Below, piece by piece: positions 26,800-39,795 of a stretch of DNA of 64,000 nucleotides. The stretch is from assembly GCA_951406725.2 (NCBI GenBank), contig OX597820.1, positions 50,964,001 to 51,028,000 of the forward strand, written 5' to 3'. Under the pieces are notes generated by a model. The model worked only from the letters and a program-made list of their open reading frames with translations. It did no database searches and was not told the origin of the DNA. How positions within the stretch are numbered: position 1 is the stretch's first letter; the number at the start of each line of letters is the position of its first letter. This DNA is from Octopus vulgaris (lineage: Eukaryota). Made by a program: the position numbers and the translations under genes.

Positions 26800-28430
26800 T
26801 TTATCATGTGCAATGTTATACCATCGTGACCGGTGTCGCTCCAGTTTTCCGCAATTGGCTTGCTGCAATTTACAATGATATTTGCTGGTAGGTTTGGGTA
26901 AATGAGAGACTAACTGAATTATTTATTCAGTACCATGGGCTCGATCAGTCAAGATTATCCTCTCTCGTCTGCGACACTTGGGCTATTACTGCAGAAACTA
27001 AAGACGTGAGAAGTATACTCCTGTAAATAGGATTTGAAAGAAGAGCATCGATAGGGTCATAAGGAGTCACCGTCATTGTGCCGGGCACCAGACAACACGT
27101 GATGATTTGTACTGCTCAAAGAAACACAAACCTAGGAAAGTCAGCGCACCTGCTGCTCAGCACCTGGAGAGAGAGATTCGTGCCGTCTAACAGAATCGTG
27201 TGACGCAGGACAGGGACGGGTTAAATTGCTCGGTGTTTGGTTTTGGTCCTGTTAGGTCGATTTGACGAGCAGTGTGGCCATGTCAGTCAGGAATAGCCCG
27301 CGGAAAAACTATCCCTGAACGTTCGGTCAGAGGTGTTGAACTCAAATATCTCCTTCGTCACAAATTACTATCTGACCGGTGTTATTTGCCCTATTTCCAC
27401 GTTTCATTCGACTGGAGATCTTATCCTTCTGCTTTCAGTAGAAGGGATGCTTTCCACTGGTTTGATGCTCTGTTTATCGTCAATGAACACTGAGTGGCAG
27501 ACTAGACATACCATGGCTGACGATGCGCAGACATGCGCTTGAAGGAAGACATCGCCAGCGTCTCCTTGATGGTGAAGAGAAGTGGTTACCATTTGACAGA
27601 TTCGTTTTCCTTCTGCTCTTCTATTTCACTGAGTTGCAATCTTGGATCAATTACAGAACAAGGCAAGGCGCCTGACAACCAGAATACGCCTTGTGATCAT
27701 AGCCTTTTGTCGATGGTCGCTAGAAGTTAGACATCAGTGTTCAATATAGATTTAGTGGCGAAAAATTAAGGAGGTTCAAGAGAGACTCTGGGGTTTAACG
27801 GCAATAAAATTGGTTGTTTTTTCCGTCGTTATCTCGGGTCGGTGCTCATTTATAATCTGTAGAAACGTCTAACATGAGTTTACTAGCCGGATATTTGCTA
27901 GCTCAAGATAAAATCTACCTCATGGAAGTGCCTTAAGGCGGACCTCCCTGAGATGCAAGTCAAACGACGATTCTGTTCTGCGCACACTGACCCATTTATT
28001 GAGCCTTGAAGACTTGTGAAGTAATGTCGAGCACTTGTTATCAAGTGTAGGTAGGATCCAGCTAACACTTCAGTGCATTATGAAGATCATCCCACCGCAT
28101 TTCTCTAGCCGAGAGGAATAAAGATTCTATATATTTCTGATAGCCTTAGTGAAAGTAATTCTGTCGTGCAACAGAGGGAAAATACTGAAGACAGACACCT
28201 TCACCTTTGGCCAAAGCCTCATCGTTGTTTTTGTGGTTTCACCTAAAAAGCTACCTAAGGCTGGAGAAGGAAAAGCTACCTTACTGCAAACTCGTTGAAA
28301 GGAAATGAGAGTGGCACAGATGGACTAAGTGAACATACCTCTTTTTTAGTGTGTAGATTGTGAGAGGAGTATAAGGAGCCGGATGCCTGCGGATTTGATA
28401 GGATTTCATGAGCTGTATTCAGACGTCTAC
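26800..28430 (-). mobile_element. Possible heavily decayed L1/Tx1-type LINE ORF2 remnant
   Basis: GC-richer island; minus frames give scattered IKETLAM (cf. xGGLGM) and RPCPA..H..C zinc-knuckle-like residues; no intact motif. Confidence 0.3.
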
Positions 28431-28441
28431 CTTCTTTTGAT

Positions 28442-28557
28442 CATATGTGCGGGCAAGCAAATAAACACGGTGTTGAAGCGTTAACAGTACATGTGGTTAA
28501 AGAAATATCGTGCATCCACGACAGAGACAGTATGTAGAGGACAGAACACGTACACAT
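28442..28557 (+). repeat. ~115-bp direct repeat, copy 1
   Basis: gcgggcaagcaaataaacacggtgttgaagcgttaac...aatatcgtgcatccacga recurs at 29375-29491. Confidence 0.9.
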
Positions 28558-29374
28558 ACTCTAAGATATTTTTATATTTACACGCTTCCTTAACACTGCT
28601 TCTTATAGTATCGAATTGTAACGTTTTCGATTTTTTTGTAAACCCTAAGTAGTTGATAAAGAAAACCTTCTTCTTCTTCTTCTTCTTCTTCTTCTTCTTC
28701 TTCTTCTTCTTCTTCTTCTTCTTCTTCTTCTTCTTTATAACTAATAGTATGTTAATTTTAGATGTGAGCAATTAATGTTTATTTTTAATCTATTCACTTC
28801 TTTTACTTTTTCTTATCATTAATGTGTGTTTTGTGAAATTTTGTTATATGATTAAATTTAAAGATTGACTAAATTTGTTAATACAATCGCCACTGTACCA
28901 CTTTTTGACCGTTGACACAAATTATTTAATGATTGAATGAAATAACCTTTTTGTGGTTTTCTATGGCTAATATGTCTTCCGCGTTGTAATTGATTTAGCT
29001 TTAACAAACCGTCTCAGATCTAATCGCATGCCAGCGTAATTCCAAAGCAAAAATAATCTAGACGCAAATTAAATAGTAGATATTATGATAAAAACATAGC
29101 GGATTTTAGATGTTTGAAATGGAACTGATTTGTTTTAAATTTGATTTTAATTCTAATTCTGCCTTGTTGTTTTATTGACGTAGAAAACCACGCACAAGAC
29201 TAGCTGGTCTACAGCTATACTTGCAGGTATTTCACGATATGTCAAATAACGAAGCAAGTAGTATGCATACAGGAAGATTCCAATTGAATCCTGTATGAGC
29301 GAACAGTGCTGAGTTCAAAGTGAAGTTAAGGAATCTATTGCTGCTGTATATACACAATGTTTAAGTGATAACAG

Positions 29375-29491
29375 CATATATGCGGGTAAGCAAATAAACA
29401 CGGTGTCGAAGTGTTAACGGTTATATGTGGTTAAGCGAATATCGTGCATCCACGATAATGACAATATGTAGAAGATAGAACGTCTACATAT
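29375..29491 (+). repeat. ~115-bp direct repeat, copy 2
   Basis: gcgggtaagcaaataaacacggtgtcgaagtgttaac...aatatcgtgcatccacga. Confidence 0.9.
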
Positions 29492-30322
29492 TGTATGATA
29501 GTCGAATAATTAATTCTTAGCCCTCAATGTACACTTGATATCCTTTGCAAAAATCTATACTCAAATAATTGATTGACTGTGTCTACTACAAACAAACTAC
29601 AGGCTACATGTATTCATGTGGGAAGAATGCTTTCATTAAATTTAGAGCTTATACAACTAGAATAATCGTGTATTGTATTTCGAAATACCTGTGACTCATT
29701 TGCTCTGAAAAGTGTTTTGATACTTTTCCAAAGAGTGTTGTCAGTAAAACTTAACCGTAATATTTTACTTCTTTAATGAATTCATTGCAAACATGGTTTG
29801 GCAAAACTGTTTTGAGAAGGAAATAATATAATTTACTGGGGCATTATTTGAATTTGTAGTTCTAAATTTATACAAGCTTAACTAAGGAGCTGTAATACAA
29901 GGACCGTGTCTTTAGCAATACAAAACCCTCGGATAACCGTTTGTATCAACTCTATGTTTCAGAAGTTATTCACGTCAATACTTACTAGGAGCAGGTGAAG
30001 TTCATAGGATTCCTACATTTTCGTGCTTTCCGGTGTAATATCGAAATCATATATAGATATATTTGTTCTTCAAGGAAACCAATCAGTTTAAGAGGCTTCT
30101 CCATTAACTTCTTTAATTTCACTTTCTTAAATATAAATATACCGCGTTCCTTTGGCTTCGCTTTACTCGGTGCGTACGTTGAACATCTATAACGTTTTCA
30201 TCACAGTGTCGTTCAAATATGGAACTTTACTTTTTGTTCCAGCTTAACATCAATATAAACCTCTAATCTGTGTCTCAATATTGTGCTTGCCATTACTGTA
30301 TCACTTAGCTCTCTCTGTATGT

Positions 30323-30324
<2 letters not shown>

Positions 30325-30413
<89 letters not shown>

Positions 30414-30463
30414 TACCCTACAACTCCACTTTGTTATATATATGTATATATAAATAAATATAT

Positions 30464-30558
<95 letters not shown>

Positions 30559-30640
30559 TACCCTACAGCTCCACTTTGTTATATATATGTATGTATATAT
30601 ATATATAATATATATATATTTATATAAATATACATATATA
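30325..30640. repeat. (CT)n/(TA)n block with a duplicated unique core atgcggtaccctaca(a/g)ctccactttgtt (30408 and 30553)
   Basis: Direct reading. Confidence 0.9.
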
Positions 30641-31475
30641 CATATGTATACGTTTTTGCGTACGTACACACATACACGCATACATACACACACAATCGTA
30701 CATATAGAAATACATACTTACTCATATACATACATATATTCATACATACATACACTGATGCATATCCATTCACCCACGACTTTGTTCCTTTGGCACTATT
30801 ACTCTGTTTTGCTTCCACACATTCTTTCATCTGCAGTTCTCTGATATCATAGCTTTCTCGTGATAAATGATATCGCACCAATATAATTAACGAGCTCTGT
30901 TATATTTATTTATCTAGTTCAACATTTATTAGTTTCCTTATTTACTTAGACATACCATCATCTTAGATGTTTGTAACAAATCACTGCCACCTCGAAGTAC
31001 TCCTACATTGTTAATTACTGCAAACTTTAATACTACCCAAAATTTAATGGTATTTCTAGTTCTTTCTTTTCTATATTTAAATATCACACAATCCTTGCTA
31101 TTTCAGGGGTTATATGATCCCAACAATACCATAAATAAAATATGCAGTACTGCATCAAAGCAGCAGTTTGGTTTATGTACTTTAGATTGTGTATTTTCTT
31201 TCATATTACACTTGTCTTCTGCAATGCATTTTATACAAGTAAATAGTTAAGAGGGACGACATATCCTTACCACAGCTCATAACTGTAACGTTCCAAACAT
31301 CAACGAAGCGTTGATGACATCATGTTTCTATATATTGTATTTCACAGTGATTCTCTATCATACATATTTTTTTACATTTTAAAACTCTTCATCTCATTCT
31401 TCTGTCTGTCTCTCCTTCTCTCTCTCTATACCCCTCTCTCAATATATGTATATATATATATAAATATATATGTAT

Positions 31476-31767
31476 ATCACGTGATTACGTGACTGACCAG
31501 ACCATCAGATGTTGTTACACATCGCTGGTCACAATGCGTTCGCATTGTTTTAGCCTTCGCATTGTTTAAGCGAGCAGGCCAACAGAAGAAAGAGTGGGCG
31601 AAAGAGTAGTGAAAGAGTACAGCAGGGATCACCCCCCCTTGCCGGAGCCTCGTGGAGCTTTTAGGTGTTTTCGCTCAATAAACATTCACAACGCCCGGTC
31701 TGGGAATCGAAACCGCGATCCTGCGACCGCGAGTCCGCTGCCCTAACCACTAGGTCATTGCGCCTCC
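31476..31767 (-). mobile_element. tRNA-derived SINE family B, second copy
   Basis: Minus head ggaggcgcaatgacctagtggttagggcagcggactcgcggtcgcaggatcgcggtttcgattcccagacc with clear A and B boxes; collinear with 4129-4433. Confidence 0.88.
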
Positions 31768-31780
31768 ACACACACACACA

Positions 31781-31853
<73 letters not shown>

Positions 31854-32148
31854 GCACATACATACTCATAAACACACACATACATACATATGCATTAATA
31901 TATATGTATAAGTACTCGCATACATACATACACAGACACAAATGCATACCCACTTATGTGTGCATGTGTTCATGTAGAACCCTTTTTTTCAATTAACTAA
32001 AGTCGCTCCTTTAGGAAAGCACTGATTTCAGACAAGATACAATGTTTCATTTGGTGGTGCATAGTTAATAAAAGGTGTCACATGGTGAACATCTTGCATA
32101 TATGTAATGTTCCTCTTACAGCTTGTATTAGGTATGTATGTATGTATG

Positions 32149-32182
<34 letters not shown>

Positions 32183-32204
32183 TGTATGTATGTATGTATG
32201 TATG

Positions 32205-32295
<91 letters not shown>

Positions 32296-32489
32296 CGTGT
32301 GTGTGTGTATACGCGTCTCCCTGAATATGTATTTGTGTATATGTGTGTATGTGTATGTGTTGTGCTGCCGGGTTCTTTCTCGATCCATGTTATCTTGCCT
32401 ACCGGAGTTACCCTTGATCAACTTTGTGTTACTAGTAACTTATCCAGTAAGTAATAGCAAGTTTAATAAAAATTATTATCCGAGTGATT

Positions 32490-33350
32490 GAATGCTTTTT
32501 AACCAACGTGTAACGCCGTCCTTCATGTCCTTACATTGAAAATTCAGTAACTCTAGACTCAATTAACTCTAAAAATCTTCTGCATCTTCTTCGTTTGGGA
32601 ACTGTTCATTAGCTATGAAGTAGTGAATGTGTTTCATAACATGGAGGTCTTCGGGAGATAGGTCAGTAGAATAAGGAGGATGAGGCACAACTCTGATTCC
32701 CAACACATATATAACTTTGTAAGCCTCACACTTCACAAATGTGGACGGGCGTTATCATGAAGAATAGGACTTTATGATTGACTAACGCAGGTTGCATCTC
32801 ACGTAACTTGCTATGCATACCTCTAGCGGATAATTTTCGACACAATCTATCGTCCGGTCAGCATGCACATTTTTGGGTGGAATTCAAGCATTGGAAATGC
32901 TTTGCTAATTTGTCAAGCGGCAGTGCAGATTTTGTTGCTGTAAATAATAAACATGTTATCACACGTTATCGTCCGTCCAATTAATGGACCATTCTCATTT
33001 CTCAGCAGCAGGTTAGATCTCCTGACTTCGTTTTCTCTCGTCTCCCGCCAGTTTATAAGGATCCGTCTATCTAAAAGATTAGAAAGGATTGATTAGAAAA
33101 TTGAATTTTCCTATGGGAAAATGTTCGAGCATCTTACGGACTGCTTCCCTTAGTACGTCATTTTCAAAGTATTATCTTCTTCCTGAATGATCGAAATCAC
33201 TAAGACTCTCATCTCTGAAACCAACACTCTACTTTACTCATAGATACCGATCCTTAACCAACTGCTTCGTTAATATCTCATGCAGTTTTCGAAGCATTCT
33301 AACCTTGTTTAAACTAGGGAAACATTATATGAAAGTCCTATCTGTCCATG
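32490..33350 (-). mobile_element. Decayed mariner (DD34D) transposase pseudogene
   Basis: Minus peptides FKQG*NASKTA*DINEAVG, TITCDNMFIIYSN (cf. IVTCDEKWILYDN), PILHDNARPH, PHPPYSTDLSPEDLH (cf. YSPDLAPSD). Confidence 0.82.
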
Positions 33351-36083
33351 CTGTTGGTAGGGCTGATTAATATAAACTGTAAAAAGAAGGATATGACTCT
33401 TAAGATCTTGAAAACATTTTAATTAACATAAGCTTAAACTCCGTTATAATCTCTAATTACACCCTATACAATTTTTTGCTATTAATTTCTAGACACCCGA
33501 AAATGTCTGTAGCATAGGGTGTTTTATGAGTGGGAAGAGCCAGATGTTTCCAATTTTTAGTGACATTCTTTGCAACCGATGATTTTGAAAGTGTTCACGG
33601 TTTTCATTGTTGATGGAAAATTTTCACTCCATTATCTGCCGTCGTTGTGAATAATACATCGGGAATAATATGCTGCTTTCTCTCTCTCTCTCTCTCTCTC
33701 TGCTTCACAATATTCTCCAACTCATTTGGCTTCATGGCGCCAGTTCTAGGTTATACTGCAAGGCGGTTATTGTTAAAATTATTTTAAGGGATGATTCTTT
33801 AAATCAACATGAGGCCAACCGATAAGAAAGAAGTACGACGTTGATCGTATTGTTGGGAATATTCCGACATCTCATCAAAGGTTTTAGTTTTATGCTAACT
33901 TTTGTGATATTCTTTCGTGACCGGTACAACAGGAGCCAGTGTCTCTCATGTCTCTAGTAACTTAGTCATCTAATAGATCTTTGCTGCGATAACATAATCA
34001 TTAAAATGAGAACAAAAAACAACCAGTAAACTATGACTAGTTAAGCTAACTTTGAAAACTCATTCTTTCCTCAATACAGTCTTTCAAAGATGATGAATTG
34101 TTTGCATAATTCTTTCGTTTAAGATTATTTAATTTATATTGTAGTGTTATTGTGAAATTGGAATCCTTTTTCTTACGACTTGAACACCTGCACAATGCAA
34201 GTTTCACGTGACATCAAATACGTATGCAGAAGCCAACACACATACACAAACACACAGCAGACATTCACTCACAATATATGTACCTTACATATCCTACATA
34301 ATGTATTTCCGTTCCTCAGTACTTTTCATTTGATGAAGTGAACATTAATGTCGTTAGAAATATTTCTCATTGCTAACGTGGCAAAACTTTCGACGTAAAA
34401 TATGGAGTTACTTTCTTCAAAACTCTATTGGTAATTGAAACCATATACCTAAGTAGCGTTGTTTGCACACCCATCGCTCTAGAAATTATATAATGTAGTA
34501 TGTTTTATCCAGGAAAAATACTCTGTATCATTTTGGTGTTCATATAGGGAATGTTGTGGATTTGTTTTTCTTCAAACTAGTTCAGTGGTTACGGAAATGA
34601 AAATAACATCAGGCTAATACCTATAATAATTCCATTCATTTCTAGGATATGCTTTACATATATAAATTTCTTCTCTGCTCTTGACTGAAACATTATTTTA
34701 ATCGATACTAGAATGATGAAAAGAAAAGCTGATTTCCCCGGGATTTAAATTTGAACTGACCATGCATTTATTCGTGACTAAATTCTACATGCCTTTTGTG
34801 TAACATTCGTATTGCAAATTTATTGGGGAAAATGTTGCTTATACAATTTTGCTCAATACTGGAAAACCATGAATATAAAACAACTGAGATAATGATTCAT
34901 TCTAAGATTCATGAATAATTGTAGGTTTCGAAACTACATCTTTAAGAAAGTGCATTCGTTGTGAGTAACATTATTAAGAAGCTTGCACAGATCATATAAA
35001 ATGTAAGCGGCCATTCAAACTTAGAATGTCTACCACTACATAGAATGTCACTATGTACTGACATTGTGAAACACGATCTTTGTATATATGCATCATCTGT
35101 AACACTGACACAGCATTTAAGAGATAACGAAGAAATACTTTCTCATTGATTTATCCATTGACATGTTGAACCTAATTCATGCGTCTAAAGAATGACCATC
35201 GGTTATATAGATCGTAAATAAATTGATAAATTCATCCACCATCAACGATATCGGAGATCAAAATGACGAAGATATATGGAGATTAGAAATTGAAAACATC
35301 TGAGTTAGGCTAATGAGATTTCGACAACAAAAGAGAGTAACCAAACGAAAAGTAGGTAATTGAAAATTCAGCCATAAATGACACGATGAAACTGAAAAGG
35401 CCAATCAACAAAAATAAAAGATGTTATATGTTAGAATGATAGGAAAACTTTTCAGAAAACATTTAGAATATACAAAAGGACTACAATCTCACCACACTCC
35501 TGCTCTCAGAAATTAAACAGAAACACTGTCCAAATATCATACCCTCCAATCATATAATGTTAGAAGGTCTGTTTGAAATCAATAGTAGATAAATTGAATC
35601 TGTCAGACATTTTGTATCGATCATAAAATAAAATGTTTTTAATATTATCGCTAGAAATGTCTATAAGTAAGACGTATGAGATTTAAATATCGCACTAGTT
35701 TGGTTTATTACAGAGCACATAATAAATACATTTTCGTGTTTGCTGTTCACTTTACTCTCGGCAATGCCAATGGCCTTTACGTAACTTTTGAGTTGCTATG
35801 TTTTACTGAATATAATGTCTATAGGCTTGTTCAAGTAAAATTGCCGCAGTTGATAGGTGCAGAGGGAAATGGGAGAGTAAGGAACCTCTATATTTTTGGT
35901 TACTTTTTCCTTTCATGAACTATATTAATAAAATTCATATGTATTGTAAGAAACGCAACAATAATTGTGGAAACCTGGAGAGCGACACAGGTATTTAATT
36001 CTAAAAGTCTTAATTCTGGAGTTTTTGAGCGTTTGGTCGTCGGTATAGAAACGGCAGACAAGAGTGCATTGTCAGGGATAACG

Positions 36084-36142
<59 letters not shown>

Positions 36143-36271
36143 GGAGAGAGAGTGAGAGGAGTGTTCAAACCCACTGTCAATTGAGTGGTTAGAGAGAAGT
36201 AAAAGATTCGTCCTTGGCGGAATATAATTAAAGATTTAGCACGCAGTGTTGGCGATGGGGGCTGCATGCGA

Positions 36272-36283
36272 ATAGTAGTAGTA

Positions 36284-36363
<80 letters not shown>

Positions 36364-36385
36364 GGTGGTGGTGGTGGTGGTGGTT

Positions 36386-36461
<76 letters not shown>

Positions 36462-36469
36462 TGGTGGTG
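36272..36469. repeat. (TAG)n(TGG)n(TAG)n array
   Basis: Direct reading. Confidence 0.95.
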
Positions 36470-37366
36470 TATATGCGTGCTCATGAATGTGTATCCCCGA
36501 GTGTATGTATTGGATTATTCTGTGTGAGATTTCGTACTCAAAATTTCCGCATTTCGCTTACAGCTAAAAGCCAAAATATATTCTTGAACGTCATTTGCGG
36601 CTACTTAATGAGAATATATATGGACTTCAGCTGAATACGACAGGAACTGCAATCACAAGATAAATTCATTTGTTTTCTTGAAAATTATTAATAACATTAA
36701 ACATTATTAATTTCATTTTTTGTTGCAAAATATTTCCAATTGTTCCAAGTACTTCAATTAATATCACTCTGAATAGTATACAGATATTCAATAAATTTCA
36801 AGATATGTCACTTGTTTATTTAAGAGAAACGAAATATAGTATTTCTATGTAATTTGGCGTACAAAACGATAAAGAAGTGAATTAAAATATGAAGTGTACT
36901 TGAATAAAAATTGTACTGATTGTCAGCGCTGTCAAAGTAGAAATGTCAAAATTAACACACTGGATCCTATTTCATAAGGTATCGCATTCAAGCATAATTT
37001 ATAATATGGTTTGTGTGTGTGTGTGTGTGTTTGTGTGTGTGTACATGTGCGTGCCAGTGTGTGTGTATATCTATATTTGTTTGCATAATGCACTAACACA
37101 CACATACAAACATACACAAACACTCACACACATGTACAGATATTTACAACAACCGCGACAGCAACATGTTGAAAATCAGGAATGCTTTAAATTATAAATA
37201 AATATTCACATGAATAACACAGGCATCTCTATCTTCGTTTACTGAGAGAATCCCAGAATGAGCTCTGCAAATTAATTGGAAGTTATTTGGCCCACTGTCG
37301 TTCCTCATCTCTCTCACTCCTTGTTTCTCGTTCTATAACCGCATGTACATGTGTGTGTTCGTGAAC

Positions 37367-37451
<85 letters not shown>

Positions 37452-38080
37452 TATATGTGTGTGTGTTTGTGTGTGTATGTATATAAATACGTATACACCT
37501 ACATATGTTTTTATATTCACCAAACTTCCGTTATTTATGTCGTATAGTGATAGTCTTATCAAGTGCCCCCCACACACAGTATAAATGAATATATCTTGAA
37601 TTTACTGTTGACGGTACGAATTCGTAGAGAGGTTCTGATAATGGTTATTTCTCATGATTCTCTGATATTTCTCCCAATTTCGACTCGGTGAAATTTGCCT
37701 TTCGTCTGTTACGGCTCCAGTATTCAAATTTTCGAAATTGGACAGAATAGTGCGAGGGACGGGGGAGGGTTTTTATCTCTGTAATAAAGGTCCGTCGTTC
37801 TGAGTTCAAATACTGCCTTAAGAGAAATTAATGAACAGTATTAGCTCATTTAATGAAAACTAATGCTCAAAGAGCATCACGAAAGAAAAAAAAAACAATA
37901 ATGAATGGGAACGAATAGCAAATGAATTTCTCTACAAGAATTATTCGTTGGATCTCTTAAACAGCACCAATCAGATTCTATAGTTGACTTATGTAATATG
38001 TATTAGGTATCACATATGAACGCATAAACTGTATTCTTTCATAATAATGAAGACATTATATTATTCATATCTGTGTGTGT

Positions 38081-38127
<47 letters not shown>

Positions 38128-38150
38128 TATGTATATATTTTTGTATACAC

Positions 38151-38186
<36 letters not shown>

Positions 38187-38837
38187 GAATATGTATATAT
38201 GTATGTGTGCGTGTGTGTGTATGTATGTAATGCAATAGATATTAGCAGGAAGAACAAAAGGTATTTGAATTTGAAATTATGCTGTATTGTTAGCTGCTAT
38301 TGTTAAATGTATACATGGAGTGATACTTGCTAGTACTCAAGAGAAACTGTTTGATGTCCTCTAAACATGAAAAAGGATTATCACTGAGAAACCTGCCTTG
38401 TTGAATAGGATGTATATAAATCTATGATATTCAGAGTGTGCATGCGCAGACGCACGCACACGCGTACACACAAACACAAAGAAACACACACACACATGCG
38501 CATAGAATCTCACAGGCAGCAGTATGTACTTGGATATAAACGAAAAGACCTAAACACCTATTTATGGTTGACATATAATGACACTTTATTTAATATGGAA
38601 GGAGTACATATGTGAACGCAGATATATACGAACACAATTGTATTCTATGCATACGTACACACACACACAGGCACGCGCACACGAAGGCATGCACACAGTT
38701 TTAAAAAGGGACACATGCGTATCTGACCATATAATTGTAGTTACGCATTTTACTGTATCTCGCGCAGAACTACGTGAAGTGTATACATGTCGGTGGATTA
38801 CGCGGCCACTCTTCTTGTTCTCATCGTAAAAAAGTAC

Positions 38838-38907
<70 letters not shown>

Positions 38908-39200
38908 AGGAGAGAGAGATATACACACAGAGGACAGGAGAGAGACAGACATACAGAAAAATTGATAGTTTCCAGAGAATCAGTATTATTTTACAAAAGC
39001 AATCTGTTTATCATACTTAATGTATATCATAGACAACTACAGTATGTAAAAGACGATATCTCAAGAAAATAACAGAAGATAAAACAGAATATCTTGTTTG
39101 TAGCTGGCGAAAATCGTCCAATAGCTATGACGTTATCGCCTGACGTACAGTTTGTGTATATTTGGTTTCATCAATAGCACAGTGGCATATCTATGTATCC

Positions 39201-39239
<39 letters not shown>

Positions 39240-39364
39240 AAGAATTCCAACCTTGTCTGATTTTCACGTTTTATTTACAATCTTATAATGATATATTATA
39301 AGATAATATATTATAATTGAATAAAATAAAATGAAATAGTAGAATGTTAAATATTCATTCTGAT

Positions 39365-39409
39365 TGAACTAGTACTTTCATGCATTGAATTCTGCAATCT
39401 TCGGGTTCA
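39365..39409 (-). ncRNA. Minimal type I hammerhead motif with U4>C substitution
   Basis: Minus strand: tgaac-CCGAAGA-t-tgca-gaattcaa-tgca-t-GAAA-GTAC-TA-gttca; 5-bp stem I, 4-bp stem II, palindromic loop III. Confidence 0.65.
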
Positions 39410-39449
39410 TGTAGTAGTGTTGACAGTCATGCTTCACAATTTTTGACTG

Positions 39450-39553
<104 letters not shown>

Positions 39554-39562
39554 TATAGAAGG

Positions 39563-39613
39563 AGCTTCTACAGGACTAGAAGTGTTTCATTCAAAAGAAA
39601 TCATCAGGAAGCT
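39563..39613 (-). ncRNA. Type I hammerhead motif, minus-strand twin
   Basis: Reverse complement of the plus copy; stem III carries one C-C mismatch (CAC instead of CAG). Confidence 0.65.
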
Positions 39614-39660
39614 TCCTGATGATTTCTTTTGAATGAAACAGTTCTAGTCCTGTAGAAGCT
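39610..39660 (+). ncRNA. Type I hammerhead ribozyme motif
   Basis: agcttc(39610-15)-CTGATGA(39616-22)-t-ttc-tttt-gaa-t-GAAA(39635-38)-cag-ttctagtc-ctg-TA(39653-54)-gaagct(39655-60); all three stems pair. Confidence 0.8.
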
Positions 39661-39742
39661 CCTTCTATAAAATAAATTAATTTACTCTGCTATGTATTGA
39701 GTACCTTATTTACTGTGGTTAACCCCGACTCAACCCGGGACC

Positions 39743-39795
<53 letters not shown>

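Noticed and set aside
29986-30186. 201-nt open frame on minus ending at a GTAAGT donor
   Set aside because: No polypyrimidine tract at the acceptor, no recognisable peptide; open stretches of this size are expected by chance
31690-31767. tRNA-like sequence with A and B boxes (also at 4360-4433, 12599-12665, 13155-13212)
   Set aside because: These are SINE heads continuing into shared repeat bodies, without a complete cloverleaf
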